Source: Octopus vulgaris
Lineage: Eukaryota
DNA length: 64,000 nucleotides
NCBI GenBank assembly: GCA_951406725.2
Contig: OX597819.1
Coordinates: 15,748,001-15,812,000 of the forward strand
Reading direction: 5' to 3'
This document shows positions 13,485 to 27,703 of the stretch, piece by piece. Position 1 is the first letter of the stretch, and each line of letters opens with the position of its first letter. The notes beneath the pieces are model-generated. The model ran no database searches. It was not told the origin of the DNA and saw only the letters and a program-made list of their open reading frames with translations. A program made the translations under genes and the position numbers.

Positions 13485-15322
13485 GCTCCAGCTGTGCCTG
13501 GCTGGTATGCCTATTCAGCTGTGTGGATTAGAGCTGGATGAAATAAAGTGCTTGCCACTTTATATCAGAATTGAACCCACAGCCTTGCAGTCATGAGCTC
13601 AACACTCTAACCACTAAGCTGTCTAACTTGATACAAATAACCTCCCCCTCCCGAGCATACAGAGAAAGCTGCATAGTTAGAGAAAAGGTAGGTTGTCAGA
13701 AAAACCAGGTAAACTCATGGATATTTGGATATTGATAGGTTGTCATGATAGGTGGGTACATAGGTAGATAGATAGATCGCCTACCCACCATACAGGTAAA
13801 CAGGTATGTAGGTGGGTTGATTAGTTTGGCTGATGTGTAGGCAGGTAGTTGTGTAGGTATGTAGCCAGGTAGACAGATAGGTTAGTAGACAGGCAGTCTT
13901 TCAGCAAGTATGTCCGTAGTAGGTTGGAAGATTGGTAGGTAGGTAGGTAGGTAGGTAGGTAGGTAGGTAGGTAGGTAGGTAGATCGTCATATTGGCTGGT
14001 AGTCATACAGATAGATAAAATTGGTTGCTAGGTTGGCAGGTAGATGAACCGACAGATTTTGTTAGGTGGGCAAAGATGACTTTAATAGTGTTTACCTACC
14101 TCCACACCTACCTACCCACTCACCTCCCTACCTTCAGTGGTTGCAACGATGGTATAACTGATATTGCAGGGATTACAGGGCGGGGGGGGGGGGGTATGTG
14201 GTAAGGTTACATGTTATAATGGGTTGTGGTGGTATTGGTATAGCTAGTGTTGTCTGTGTGGTAGTAGTGATGGTGATGATGTCATTGAGTCGTGATAGTA
14301 TTGGCGAAGCTTGCAGTGGTGCTGTTTGTCAGTGTGGTTTGGGCTGTAGTAGTGATTGTGGTGATGTCTTTGAAGTGTGGAGTTGTTTCTATGGTTTTTG
14401 TTGATGGCCTTAGTGGTTGGGGTGGTGCCGGTGGTGATGGTCATGGTGGTATGGGTTTGTGTGGTGTGATGGTATTTACTGGGTGTAGGTTGTGGTGATG
14501 ACGGTGGTGGTATGGTTACTTGCTGTTGTTGTTTAACCACAAGTCAGCTCTGATTGAGCAGGCCTATGATCAAAGACCTTCCAGTTCTGACCATCCAGCC
14601 TTTTTACTGGCGGGGGTGGGGGACAGAGAAAACCAGGACCACATGTTTTTTGCTTTAAGAGTGTGATTTGAGAGAGACTTGGCTGCCATTTTTAGCATTT
14701 CAAGTGACCATATAGATGCTTCCTCATTGGTTAATAATGATGGTGGTGTGACCAAAGTATGTGGGTGGGTGATGTCTTTAGAGAAGTCCATTGTAAGGGT
14801 ATGAGGAGGTGGGTGCAGTTCCACCCCCAACTACTGTTATTTGCTATAACTCTGTCTGTCTCTCTCTCTCTCTCTCCTAACTATATATATATTGCCTTAC
14901 CTCTTACAGGGGTATTCTATCATATCAAAGCGATTGGGGTTTGGAGAAGCACTTGGCTGCCAGGTACACCACTGTGTCTGTATGGCTCAGTACATGTGTG
15001 TGTGTGTGTGAGTGAATGATTTTGTATAGGCAGACATGTATGCGTGTGTGTGTGTGTGTATTTGTAAAGAGAGGGAAAGAGAGCTTGTGTTTGTGTGTGG
15101 CAGAGGGTGGGGGTATCTTGATGCCTAGCGATAAAGATTGAGTGAAGTGTGGCCATGCTGGAGCAATGCCTTCAAGGATCTTAGCCTGTCATTTAGAACC
15201 CGGGGGGGGTGGGTTATTTCAGCCTTGTACTTATTTTATTGATCTCGCTATCAAACTGCCAAGTTACTGGACCTAAAGTGTAAGCAATAACATTGTGTTT
15301 TGCTTTAGCTTGTTGTTAATAT

Positions 15323-15362
<40 letters not shown>

Positions 15363-16038
15363 CATGGTAGCTTCTGCATAGTTTCTCTCAGATTCTGTTC
15401 GCAAGGTGTTACTCAAGGTGAAAGCCATTGCTGAAGATATTTACCCACAGAGCTGTGCAGTGAGATTGAACCGGGGAATCGCATGGTTGTGAAGTTGACT
15501 TCCTCATGATGGAGACAACGACACTTACGTTCACGTGTGTGCATGTGTGTGAACCCTTTTTGCACATCTTGTATATGTTGTGTGTATGTGAAGAAATCTA
15601 CTGTTTTGTATGTATGTATGTGTTGCTGTTCGGAAGAGTATCTGTATGCGAGTGTGTGTAAACGAGAAGAGAAAGGGGGAGAGTAACAGTATATTTCAAA
15701 AGAAAAATGTGTGTGTGTATATATATATATATATGTATGTGTACATGTGTATGTGTGTATATATGTACATGTGCATATATGTGTATATATGTTTATATAT
15801 GTATATACCCATGTTAGCATGGAAGGCTGACATTAACCAATGATGTGTGCGTATGTATGTATGTATACATATTTGTCTTTGTATGTGTATGTGCTATCCC
15901 AAGTGTGTGTATATATCTGTGTGTCCTAAATATTTCCCTAAATCTTCTCTTATACTGGAAGATCCTGTTTTCAAGCAGTTTTCTGGTCAGACAGTGAACT
16001 GGGTCATGTGAGGTAGAGCCGGAGTCGGGAGGGGGGTA

Positions 16039-16083
<45 letters not shown>

Positions 16084-16399
16084 TATTTGTATGATTATAT
16101 ACAAATATTTATATGTATGTTGCTGTTTAGCCCTAGGTCAACCCTGATTAAGTAGACTTAGGATCAGAGACATTCTTGCCTTGGCCATCCTGCCTTTTTG
16201 TATATATTCAGCACTGAATTAATTTTTTTGTTTTATTTATAAACGACATTATGATGAGATCTGATGGAGATTTGACTGTTGTTTCTAGCATGTCAGTCAA
16301 CAGGTTCAGATTGTCTACAAAGAAGTTGTAAGGTGTGTGTGTGTGTATGTATGTATGTATGTATCTCTTTTTAAAAATTTATTTGAAATATTTCTGTAA

Positions 16400-16665
16400 A
16401 GAAAGAGCAGGTTCCTAACAAACTAACAAAAAAAAACTTCATTGCTGGAATTTAAGCCAAAACAGGAAAGAGTTTTGTGTTGAACTTCAAAAAACAAAAG
16501 TCTTGAATATTTTCACTGTTCCACTTATAGAGTTTGCAGAGCACAAAATGGATGGTCTTTTGTTTGTGTGAAAAGCCAAGGATTTTCAGGTTCTTGTATC
16601 TCAATGTCATTGTCCAGTTTAGCATCATCTGGCCAACTACTGGTTACCTTTATTGGAATTCACTT
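16400..16665 (-). mobile_element. Diverged 3' remnant of RLE-type (R4-like) LINE
   Basis: aagtcttgaatattttcactgttccact aligns with the 3' ORF end of the copies at 29174 and 34071 (SGTVKIxKTF). Confidence 0.5.
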
Positions 16666-17775
16666 TGTTAGAAGTATTGAAGGACAGTTTCATCTCCTTC
16701 ATCCTTTTTGTCTTGGGTGCCCTGTAAAGGAGCATGTGTGCCACCCTTCCCCCTCAGAATAAGCAGTTTAGAGAGAGGAGGGGGAATGAATATCTGCTTA
16801 CAGGTGACTATCTTTTACCTTTTACTTGCTTCAGTTATTGGATGCTGGCCATACTGGGGCACCATCTTGAAGGGTTTTGTCAAACAAAATGACCCCCAGC
16901 ACTTTTGTTATTTTTAAGTCGTGATGCTTATTCTGTTGTTATCCTTTGGTGATCCACTAATTTACAAGGACATAAACAAACCAACACTAAGAAGGCACAG
17001 GCATGGCTGTGTGGTAAGAAGCTTGTTTGCCAACCATATGGTTCCAGGTCCAGTCCTGCCTTGTGACATATTATGCATGTGTCTTCTACGTTAGCCTCAG
17101 GCTAACCAAAGCCTGCTGAATGGATTTGGCAGATAGACCCCCCCCCCCAAAAAAAAAAACAGGTGTGTGTGTCTGTGTCTGTCTGTCTGTCTGTTTAGAT
17201 AGATAGATAGACAGATATGCATGCTTAAGTATGTGTGTGTGTTACTGTCTCCTTGCTTTGATACCATGCAATAGTTGTAAACAAGAGTCACTGTCATGTA
17301 AGCAGTGTCCTTTGTTTGCAATCATCCATGAAAACATGTTTGGTCTGGGGAAATATTACCTTGCTTGGAAACAGATTAGGGTTGGTGACAGGGAGAGCAT
17401 CCAGTCATACAAAATCTGCTCCAACGAATTCTGTGTGACTCATGCAATGGGCTTCCACACAATTTCTATCAACCAAATTCCCTCACAAAGTATTGGTTGG
17501 CCCAGGGCTATAATAGAAGATACTTGCCCAAGATGCCATGCAGTGAATTGAACCTGAGACCATATAATTGTAAAGTGACCTTCTTAACCAGACAGCCAGT
17601 CAATGATTATGTATGCAAACGTAAATTGATTATCTGGGAACAGCAGAATCCTAACTGATTGTCAATGAAATGTTCACATCATACTGTACACTTTGACCTC
17701 TAGAGCTCCATATGGGTGTTTGTAAAAAAAAATTTTTTCATCTCAAACTATGTCAGTCTTGTTGGGAGTGTGCGT

Positions 17776-17808
<33 letters not shown>

Positions 17809-18753
17809 TATTTCTTTATGCACCATAAGGTTGAGAAAAAGAGGGGACAAAACAAACGTTGGGGTCAGGGTATCGAATGAGACTAGACGAAAACGTATGA
17901 ATAAACAAACAATTGAAATATATACAATTAAATGAGAATGAGTGAATAGCAAAAAATGAAGCGGAGGACGTGGTTGACCCCACAAACCACATACTCACAC
18001 TGAAGACTTTGCTTTCTCCTTTTTCACATTCTTGATTAAACAGGTTCTTTCACACGCAACATACTTGCTATAGACTTCCATCTTTTACGATACACACTTT
18101 GCGACAGGCATTTCTTCTCCAGCCTTATTTTCCGTTTCATGTGGAAAATGAAAAAAGTCGATTAGCTTGAGACGAGGGAAAGAGAGAAGGAGCAAGTATG
18201 AGGGTGAGAGGGGGAGCTAAAGCAGCTTTTCCACAAACAACTATTTTCCAGCAACACGCTTAAGTTTATAACTGCACATGTACACTGTACACGTAGATAT
18301 ACACTAGTGTGGATGGCTTGGTTGGGGGCAGTGTGGCCCTGGTGATATACATATAATTACTACAGTGTCATCAGGTTTTGAAAAAGTCATCGAAAGTGTG
18401 ACACTGTTTTCATTGACATGCATATTGGACAACTCACTGTAACTCACACACACACGCAAAACTATGCCCACGGCTTATAGAATTAGGTTTTCTGTAATTT
18501 GGGGGTTTTCTTCATAAACTGAATTTTGGGAATATAAGTAGTTGGCAACCTCACTGTTCACTTTGTAAAGTGGTTGGCGGTAGGAAGTTGTAATTAGAAA
18601 CAAAAAACAAAAAAAAAACTGAAGGCACCCCCCCCGCAAGAAACTTGCTGGGAATGGGACCAAAACATAATGAAACGAGACAAGACTGTTAGTGGACAGA
18701 CAAGGGACAAAACAATGAACAGAATAAAGGCTTAGGGCCAGATGGAGACAACA

Positions 18754-18794
<41 letters not shown>

Positions 18795-18989
18795 ATATAC
18801 AACAAAAGAAAGCTGTGGGGCTGCAAAACAGATAAAAGTGGTTAACACAAAGGAGAAATGAAAGATTAGATCTGACTGGCCTGGTGCAGCCTTCGGGCTC
18901 CCCAGACTCCAGTTGAACCGTCCAACCCATGCTAGCATGGAAAGCGGACGTTAAATGAGGATGATGATGATGATGATATAAATCATCAT

Positions 18990-19222
18990 TGCCCCTTCTC
19001 TTCTTCAAATTGAGTGTCAACTGCAGGGGTATCCTCTTTGTACCCACTTCACAATATCTAAAAATCTTCTAACACCAGTAATGCATTGTGACCATAGTCC
19101 AGCTAGGCAGCAGCAATCTCCTGGAACGTGACTTCTCTATCCACATGAACCACTTTGTCCACACAATGGTGATTCATGTCCTTAGTCCCAGTCGATGGTC
19201 TCTCATTACATGGTTTCTTCTT
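18990..19222 (-). mobile_element. Degenerate mariner transposase N-terminal fragment
   Basis: Minus-strand translation ERPSTGTKDMNHHCVDKVVHVDREVTFQEIAAA*LDYGH resembles the mariner 'GRPST...DRRVTxxEIA' HTH region. It may continue at 19675-19760, beyond a family A SINE. Confidence 0.5.
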
Positions 19223-19449
19223 AATATAGGCTTTTTTTCTCTTTTATTCTCTTTTACTTGTTTCAGTCATTTGACTGCAGCCATGCTGGAGCACCACCTT
19301 TAATTGAGCAACTCGACCCCGGGACTTATTCTTTTGTAAGCCCAGTACTTATTCTATCGGTCTCTTTTGCCGAACCGCTAAGTAACGGGGACATAAACAC
19401 ACCAGCATCGGTTGTCAAGCAATGCTAGGGGACAAACACAGACACACAA

Positions 19450-19489
<40 letters not shown>

Positions 19490-19899
19490 ATATATACGAC
19501 AGGCTTCTTTCAGTTTCCGTCTACCAAATCCACTTACAAGGCTTTGGTGGGCCTGAGGCTATAGTAGAAGACACTTGCCCAAGGTGCCACGCAGTGGGAC
19601 TGAACCCGGAAGCATGTGATTAGTAAACAAGCTACTTACCACACAGCCACTCCTGCGCCTTTTATATATATATAAAGGCTGACGATCTTTTTTCATCTCC
19701 TTCTTTCATCTGTGTACATTGCTCTTATTTGGAGGTGATATCCCTTTTCTTCTGGAGATGTCAAACCCTGCACCCTTTACCATCAAACAGTCACTGGCAT
19801 CACAATTCTTGAGCTTGGAACCCATTATTTTCCTACAGTTTCTAATCCTTGCTTCCACACCTGAAACTTCTCCTCTAGTTCTGATAATGATTCAGCAAT

Positions 19900-20432
19900 T
19901 AGAGCAAGGTCATCAGCATAGAGGAGCTCCCAGGGGCATCCTGTCTTGAATTCCTCCGTTATTGCCTGGAGGACTATGATAAATAGGAGGGGGCTGAGGA
20001 CTGAACCTTGGTGGACCCTACCTCTACCCTGAATTCTTCAGTGTACTCATTGCCAACCTTCACCTTACTGACAGCATCCCTGTACATGGCTTGCACAGCT
20101 CTCACTAACCATTCATCTATCCCTAGTTTCCTCATTGATCACCAGATAAGGGATCAGGGGACCCTGTCAAAGGCTTTCTCCATGTCAATGAAAGCCAGGT
20201 ACAGAGGTTTATCTTTAGCTAGGTATTTCTCCTGCAGCTGTCTTACCAGAAATATAGCATCAGTGGTGCTTTTCCCTGGCACAAACTGCGTCTTCTCTCC
20301 CTAATTAGTTGGTCTATGACCCTCTCCGTGACCTTCATTACCTGATCCAACAACTGGATACCTCTGTAATTATTTGTATCTAAAACGTCGCCTTTACCTT
20401 TGTAGCAGTCGACTATAGTGCGGTTACACCAA
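19900..20432 (-). mobile_element. RTE-clade LINE reverse transcriptase fragment (pseudogenised)
   Basis: Minus strand reads YKGKGDVLDTNNYRGIQLLDQVMKV...PGKSTTDAIFLVRQLQEKYLAKDKPLYLAFIDMEKAFDRVP...GVHQGSVLSPLLFIIVL...PWELLYADDL, with stops. Confidence 0.92.
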
Positions 20433-20929
20433 TATATATTTGTGTGTATGCCTCTGTGTGTGTGTATATATATGTATATATGTATATATATTCTCTTTTA
20501 CTCTCTATTACTTGTTTCAGTCATTTGACTGTGGTAATGCTGGAGCACTGCCTTTAGTCAAGCAAATCGACCCCAGGACTTATTCTTTGTAAGCCAAGTG
20601 CTTATTCTATTGGTCTCTTTTGCCGAACTGCTAAGTTATGGAGACGTAACCACACCAGCATTGGTTGTCAAGCAATGTTTGGGGGACAAACACAGACACA
20701 CAAACATATACACACCCACATACATACACACACACACATATATATATGATTGCCTTCTTTCAGTTTCTGTCTTCCAAATCCACTCACAAGGCTTTGGTCG
20801 GACTGAGGCTATAGTAGAAGACACTTGCCCAAGGTGCCACGCAGTGGGACTGAACCCGGAGCCATGTGGTTCGTAAGGAAGCTACTTACCACACACCCAC
20901 TCCTATGCCTAAAGAATATACATACATAA

Positions 20930-21214
20930 ACATTATTTATAATATTTACAGTTGACGGATATTTGTCCTCATCTTGTTTGTTGTTAACACAACGTTTTGG
21001 CTGATATACCCTCCAGCTTTCATCAGGTTTCTTTGCGAAATTTTGAACCTGGGTTCTCATTCCTAAGGTATTTTTCGATGTTGTTGTTATTATTATCATT
21101 CAGGTCACTGCCTGGAATTGAACTTGGAATCTTGGGGTTAGTAGCCCACGTTCTTTACCACTATGTCATATGCCCGTGGGTAGTAGCCCACACTCTTAAC
21201 CACTACACCATATA
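20930..21214 (-). mobile_element. Family H element (tRNA-like head duplicated, hammerhead motif at 20986-21031)
   Basis: Homologous to 36210-36462 and 54660-54930; core reads CUGAUGA...AAAACGUU (G12 to A). Confidence 0.8.
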
Positions 21215-21263
21215 CCTGAAGAGACTGGTGCCTTAAACCAGCGCCTTAGACCGATTGGTCATG

Positions 21264-21266
<3 letters not shown>
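21215..21266 (-). pseudogene. Truncated tRNA-Leu(AAG) 5' portion
   Basis: Minus strand taacatgaccaatcggtctaaggcgctggttTAAGGcaccagtctcttcagg matches the D-arm, anticodon arm (AAG) and start of the variable arm of eukaryotic tRNA-Leu. The T-arm and acceptor 3' strand are missing. Confidence 0.7.
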
Positions 21267-21307
<41 letters not shown>

Positions 21308-21434
21308 ACACATATATATACTTATATGTATATATATGTGTATATATGTATATATATGTGTATGTATGTATATATATGTGTATGTATGTATATATATGTT
21401 TGTATGTGTATGTATGCATACATGTATATATATG

Positions 21435-21497
<63 letters not shown>
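21267..21497. repeat. Compound (TA)n/(TATG)n microsatellite
   Basis: Direct inspection. Confidence 0.95.
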
Positions 21498-21500
<3 letters not shown>

Positions 21501-22435
21501 AAGCTTCTTTTGAGTTCTATTCACCAAACCCACCCACAGATCTTTGGTTGGCAACTATTCATATCTTTATATATACTTCCTTATCTACTCATGTCTATGT
21601 TTGTTTGTATATGTGTGTGTGTGTGTGTGTGTTGATGTGTCCACACACACACACACACACACCCTTCAACTGTTCACATTTCTTTACACATTCCATTCAC
21701 TGTATACACACACCTCTTTGGCCACTCACATGTCTTTCAACTTCCAACTGTCACTCACAGTCATTTCTCCACCTGAACAACAAAGAGTAGATGTCACTAT
21801 ATTCACATTGTACCATCTTTTTTTTCCTTTTGCATATTTTAAAGTTTAACTACTGGTAGTGTCCTAGTTTTTCTTGTTGCTTTTAATAAATGCTTCTCTC
21901 TCACTGGGATAGGCCATATCAATAATACATGTTAGATGTTCTTTGAAGTTTAACATAGATGGCATCCCAGTAGATGTATAATCATGATTACAGTATTTGA
22001 AATTTCAACTATTTTTAATTTGTACTCTAGCACGGGGTTTCTCTGCACCCTCTGTATTCTAGGGCAGACTGTCCATATTTGATATTATTCTTCTCATACT
22101 TCAAAATAGACCCCTCATGTATTTTATATTGTCTCTTCTATACTTCAGTGTGGTTTGTTACATGCCAATGTACCCTTCTCAATCTCATGTTGGGCCCTTA
22201 TACTTCTGTGTGGTCGCCCTTACTTTCATAATTGGCCCCATTTATACTCCTTTGACCATAACCCCTCTTATTACAACAGTGTGGTCTCTCCCAAACTCTA
22301 AATATGACCACCTGGGGGTAATTTTTTTTGGGGGAGACAAAAGTGTGTTTTAGATGGCATCATATTTGGTAATCATTCCTCTACATCAATTGATTACCAA
22401 GGCATTTAACATAGTCATTCCTCTCTCTATGTATA

Positions 22436-23335
22436 TGAGGTCTGATCAATAAGTATCCGGACTGTTGTGATAGTAACGAAGCTAAAGCACTCAGCGTGAA
22501 ACCACTTGGCACAGGTTGACCTTGACCTCTGCAGTGCACGTGCACTCAGTTTTAATGTTCTTGCTCACTTCTGCTGTTTAAAGCAATGCTTGGAATGAAG
22601 GTGTGTAGCGTGTGATTGTTTCATTGACCATGACAGAGAAAGTTGTCATGGCAATAATTGCTCAGAGGCCTACGCAAAGCTGCAGAAAGTGTTTGGAGAA
22701 AGGTATATGAGGGGGCACACAAGTGTATGAGTGGTTTAGACGTTTCTAAGATGGCCGAAGAAATGTCAGTAGTGATGAACGTTTGGGGAGACCCGCAACC
22801 AGCAGAACTGAGAAAAAAACATTGCAGATGTGTATGCAGCTGTGAGAGGAAATCATCAAATCACCATCCGTGAGTTACCAGAGGAGGTGCAGATTAGCTA
22901 GGGTTCAGTTCAGTCCATTATCACTGAAGATTTTGGTATGAGACATGTGTCTGCCAAGTTTATGCCAAAACTGCTTTCAGCTGACCAAAAAAAGAACTCA
23001 GGTTTCCGTTGCACAAGATCTCTTTGATTCTGTCGAGAAGGATGAAAAATTTTTGGAAACTTTGCATAGGCCTTTGAGCAGGTATCACCAAGCTTTTAGT
23101 AAAATTTGATGCAGAGTCTCTGCTCAACTTTCTCTGTCATGGTCAATGCATCAATCAACACACTACACACCTTCCTTCCAAGCATTGTTGTAAATAGTGG
23201 AAGTGAGCTAGGATGTTAAAATTTAGTGCACATGCACAGCAGAGTTCAAAGTCAATCTGTACCAAGCAGCTTCACTCTGCATGATTTAGCTTCATTACTA
23301 TGGTAACAGTCCGGATACTTATTGATCAGACTACG
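22436..23335 (+). mobile_element. Non-autonomous mariner element with ~210-bp TIRs and TA TSD
   Basis: TA|tgaggtctgatcaataagtatccggactg ... cagtccggatacttattgatcagactacg|TA. Internal decayed transposase reads VYEWFRRF*DGRRNVSSDERLGRPATS...ITIREL...SVQSIITEDFGMRHVSAKFMPKLLSADQK. Confidence 0.9.
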
Positions 23336-23558
23336 TATATTGCTATGCCATTTGACACAATCATTCCTCTAGCTTATATTTGACATCCAGACAGCAGATA
23401 ATGAACAGCTTCATCTTTTCTCCTTACATAACTTACATTGGTTTGTTGATCATGTTTTTCCTCTCAATTTCTTCTACACCCTTCTTTCATTTGTGAATAA
23501 TTACGTTTCAGGAAATATAATCTATTGAAAATAGAAATCTGTCTTCACTTTGTGTCTG

Positions 23559-23589
<31 letters not shown>

Positions 23590-24678
23590 TTTGTTTGTTT
23601 TGATTTTTTCGTCTTTGTTGCTGTACACATTCACTAGCTTTCTTACAAAGGGGTCTAATGCTCTTAGCTTAGACTTTTTTGGGGACAGCCAGATCGAACC
23701 ATCTCAAGTGTAACTGTCCGAAATGGTTGTGACTTTTGGTACTTGTCTGATGAAAGAAAGCCAAGAATGACCCATCTTTTTTTGCTTGTCATTCTAATTG
23801 TGGTTTCTCTTGTCTGCGTTTGTATCGTCTATCTGTCTGAACATGTTAATGTTTTAATGCCCTCTATTGTGTTTTTGTTCCATAAATTCAATGACTGGCA
23901 TCCGTGCTAGTGGAATACTAAGAGCACCATCCGAGCATGATCGTTGCCAGAGCGGCTAAATGGCTTCCGTGCCGGTGGCACATGAAAAGCACCATTCGAG
24001 CATGATCATTACAAGAGTTGCTTTACTGGCACTTGTACCGGTGGCACGTCAAAAAACATTTGAGCGAAGTCGTTGCCAGTGCCGCTGGACTGGCTCCTGT
24101 GCAGGTGGCACGTAAAAAAAACACCATTTGAGCATGGCCGTTGCCAGTACCACCTGACTGGCCCCCATGCCAGTGGTACGTAAAAAGCACCCACTACACT
24201 CTCAGAGTGGTTGGCGTTAGGAAGGGCATCCAGCTGTAGAAACTCTGCCAAATCAAGATTGGAGCCTAGTGCAGCCATCTAGTTCAGTCCTCAGTCAAAT
24301 CGTCCAACCTATGCTAGCATGGAAAGCGGACGTTAAACAACAATGATGATGATGATTTTTAATCTAAATTGCATATGAAATATGAGAGACATTTGTATAA
24401 AATCTTGTATAAATATATAAACTGAATTTATACTTCATGAGATGTGAAATGCATAACAAAAACCTTTAAAAATTTGCCCAATACAATAAATCTTTTGTAA
24501 GGTGAAAGCTAAGAGAGCTATGTCACTCTCTTTTCTTTTCTAATTTGTTTGATGACAATAACATGTACAACAGCAATAATGATAGCTACAATAACAATAA
24601 AGGTAATAAACAGGAGAGCATAGAGTTATTTGTAGGTGGGCATGAAAGGAGTGGCGTGACAGAAAAGTCACTGTAGTG

Positions 24679-25899
24679 CATGGGTTGGACAAAATAATGG
24701 AAACACCTTAAAATTTCAAACAAATTTATTTTAATATGGGGTAGGACTGCCTTTGGCTGTAATTACAGCTGGAATTCTACAAGGTATAGACTTGTACAAA
24801 GTTTGAATTGTTTCCAAAGGAATTTTTGTCCATTCTTCAGCTAAAATAGTCTCCAGTTCTTGTAGTGATGATGGTGGAGGATATCGACTCCTTACTTATT
24901 TTTCTAAAATACACCATAAATGTTAAATAATATTGAGAAATGGGGACTGTGGTGGCCAGATAAGATGTTTAACTTCACTAGAATGTTCCTCGTGCCATTC
25001 AGTAACTGTGTGAATTGGTGCATTATCATCCTGAAAGATTGCAGTTCTGCAACCATAGGATGAATTTGATCAGATAAAATGCTTTAATAGTCTTGACTAT
25101 TAATTCTGCCATGAAGGGAAACCATTGGGCTGGCAGATTTCCAAGATAAAGTCCCTAAGATCATCACAGATCCTCCTCCATGTTTAATAGTTGGAGGAAG
25201 GTAGTCTGGGTCAGATGCTTCTTTTGGCTGTCTCCACACGTATACTCAGCTCGTGGTCAGAAATAAGGTAAATGATGACTCGTTCGAGAAAATAACATTC
25301 TTCCACTGCTCTAGGGACCAATTCTGTAGATTTCTACTCCACTCTAAATGCTTTGCAACGTTTGCTTTTGAAAGTAGTGTTTTTCTGATTGCAACCCTCC
25401 TGTGAAACCCAGCTTTGTGCAGCTCCCAGCGAACAGTTTTTGTGGAAACTGGGTTCTCTAGGTTGTCATTAAGCTCTGCAGTAATTTTGGGAGCTGTACT
25501 TTTGTGATCCTTTCTAATAATTTGTCCCTATCTGAAAGTTTTGGTTTTCTTCCGGAGTTTTGTTTCAACTAGGAGGTTTTTCTCTCTTTCTCAAAGGCTG
25601 TCATTACTTTCGAGACAGTACTTCTTGATACACCAAACATTTTGGCTGTTTTCGTTACGCTAGCGCTTGCCAGACAAGCACCAACAATTTGACCTTGAAA
25701 GTCTGATAGATCTGTCATTTTAATGAATTTTAGTTACCTTTTTCTGATGATATCTGAAAAGAAACAGCAATTTTAGCAGAACATATTAAGCAACACTAAT
25801 AATAAATCAAACAATATAGAAACAAACAAGCTTTTGACAGTTTTATAAATATTTCAAAATTATGATGCTAGGTGTTTCCATTATTTTATCCGACCCATG
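24679..25899 (-). mobile_element. Near full-length Tc1-like transposon with inactivated transposase (24731-25718)
   Basis: 30-bp TIRs catgggttggacaaaataatggaaacacct / aggtgtttccattattttatccgacccatg. Minus strand reads MTDLSDF...IVGA...FGVSRSTVSKVM...WKNVIFSNESSFTLF...KHGGGSVMI...FQDDNAPIHT...WPPQSPFLNII*HLW...GSPTPY*, with stops and frameshifts. Confidence 0.93.
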
Positions 25900-26931
25900 T
25901 CTGTCCTGATTGAGCAAAGATATTTCAACCATAAGTGTTCCAAGTGTTTTTAGATATTGTGTATCTCTTCTCTTTCTTTCATGAGCCCTAAGACCTATAA
26001 AGCTTAGCCTGGATTCTATAGTGTTGGTGACACTCCTGGATGGAGCTGGTCCCTTGCAGGATTGTATATCTTAGACTACATTATTTAACAAGTCCTTCCT
26101 TGTTGTTGTTCAGTACCAGGTTTACCCTTATCCAACAGACCTATGATCAAAGGCTGTCCTGTCTTATTTCGAAATAAGGCTACATTAGAAGACCCTTGCC
26201 CAAGGTGCCACCCAGTGGGAATGAACCCAGAACCATGTGGTTGGTAAGCAAGCTACTTACCACACAGCCACTCCTGCCTGTGCTTTGTTTATTAAGACAC
26301 AGCTGGGTGTTAGTATGCCAAATCTTTAGTTGCCACTTTCAGCAGTTTGACCAACCTCATAGAGGCACTCTTACTGATTTGCCTATTTTCAGATTGGTTG
26401 GGCACTTGGCACACATGTGTGAGCCCCACCTTTTTCTCATGTATTATCACCACCCTCCCCTCGTATGTGTTTGTTTCTTGTGTCTGGTGCGAGTAATGCT
26501 TGAATTAACCGAGAACTATTGTTTGTAAATTGCACAGTCATCTGCTTTCATTCGAAACTTGTTTAAGAAGTTTCAATGTGTTGCAGTGTGCATGTGTGTG
26601 TGTCTATAAAAAAAATCATTTAATGTGAAGCTTCGGTGCTGGTATGGGTGGGTTGATTTGACAGGATCTAACAAGTCAGGACACTGTGTCATGCTCCAAC
26701 GTCTGCTTTGGCCTGGTTTCTATGACTTGATGCCCTTCGTAACATCAACCACTTTACAGTGTGTGCTGGGTTGCGTTTTTCTTAGCTTCAACAATAGTGC
26801 GGCATCACCTGTTAACTTGTATGTATATACTTAATGTGTGTACATACATATGCATATATGTGGGTATATATTTGTGTGTGTGTGTATGTGTGTGTATATA
26901 TGTGCATGTATATGTGTGTGTGTGTGTATAT

Positions 26932-26977
<46 letters not shown>

Positions 26978-27215
26978 TATGCATATATACATACATATAT
27001 GTACGTACCTACCTCTACATGTATATATACACGCATATATGGGTACATGACACCAAAAAAACGTCGAACACAATGAGAAACGAAAACATAAACACAAAAC
27101 CAAGGAAATGGACATTTTTCTTAAACAACGAAAAAATAGAGTACAGGACAAATAACACCAGGAAAATTCCCCTTCTTCAGTCGCCTTTGTTTCATCTACT
27201 CCATGTATCGAAGGT

Positions 27216-27253
<38 letters not shown>

Positions 27254-27653
27254 TGGCTGTGTGGTAAGTAGCTTGCTTACTAACCATGTGGTTCCTGGTT
27301 CAGTCCCACTGCGTGGTACTTTGGGCAAGTGTTTTCTTCTATAGCTTAGGGCTGACCAAAGCCTTGTGAGTGGATTTGGTAGATGGAAGCTGAAAGAAGC
27401 CCGTCGTATATATGTGTGTGTGTGTTTACACACACCTACAATATAAAAACTGTTTTAAAAAATCTTTTATGGGCAAAAGCGAGGGTGCAACTGGACCTAT
27501 TCATTTTAACTTTATTGAAATTTTATCAAACACATTACTCTTCTTCTGACATTGTGTGTGTTTGTGTGTGTATATATGAAAGAAAAGAAAGAGAATTTCA
27601 CGTTTCGAGCAGAGCTTGCTACTATTATTTAGGGCTTTATATGTTTGAATGTA

Positions 27654-27703
<50 letters not shown>

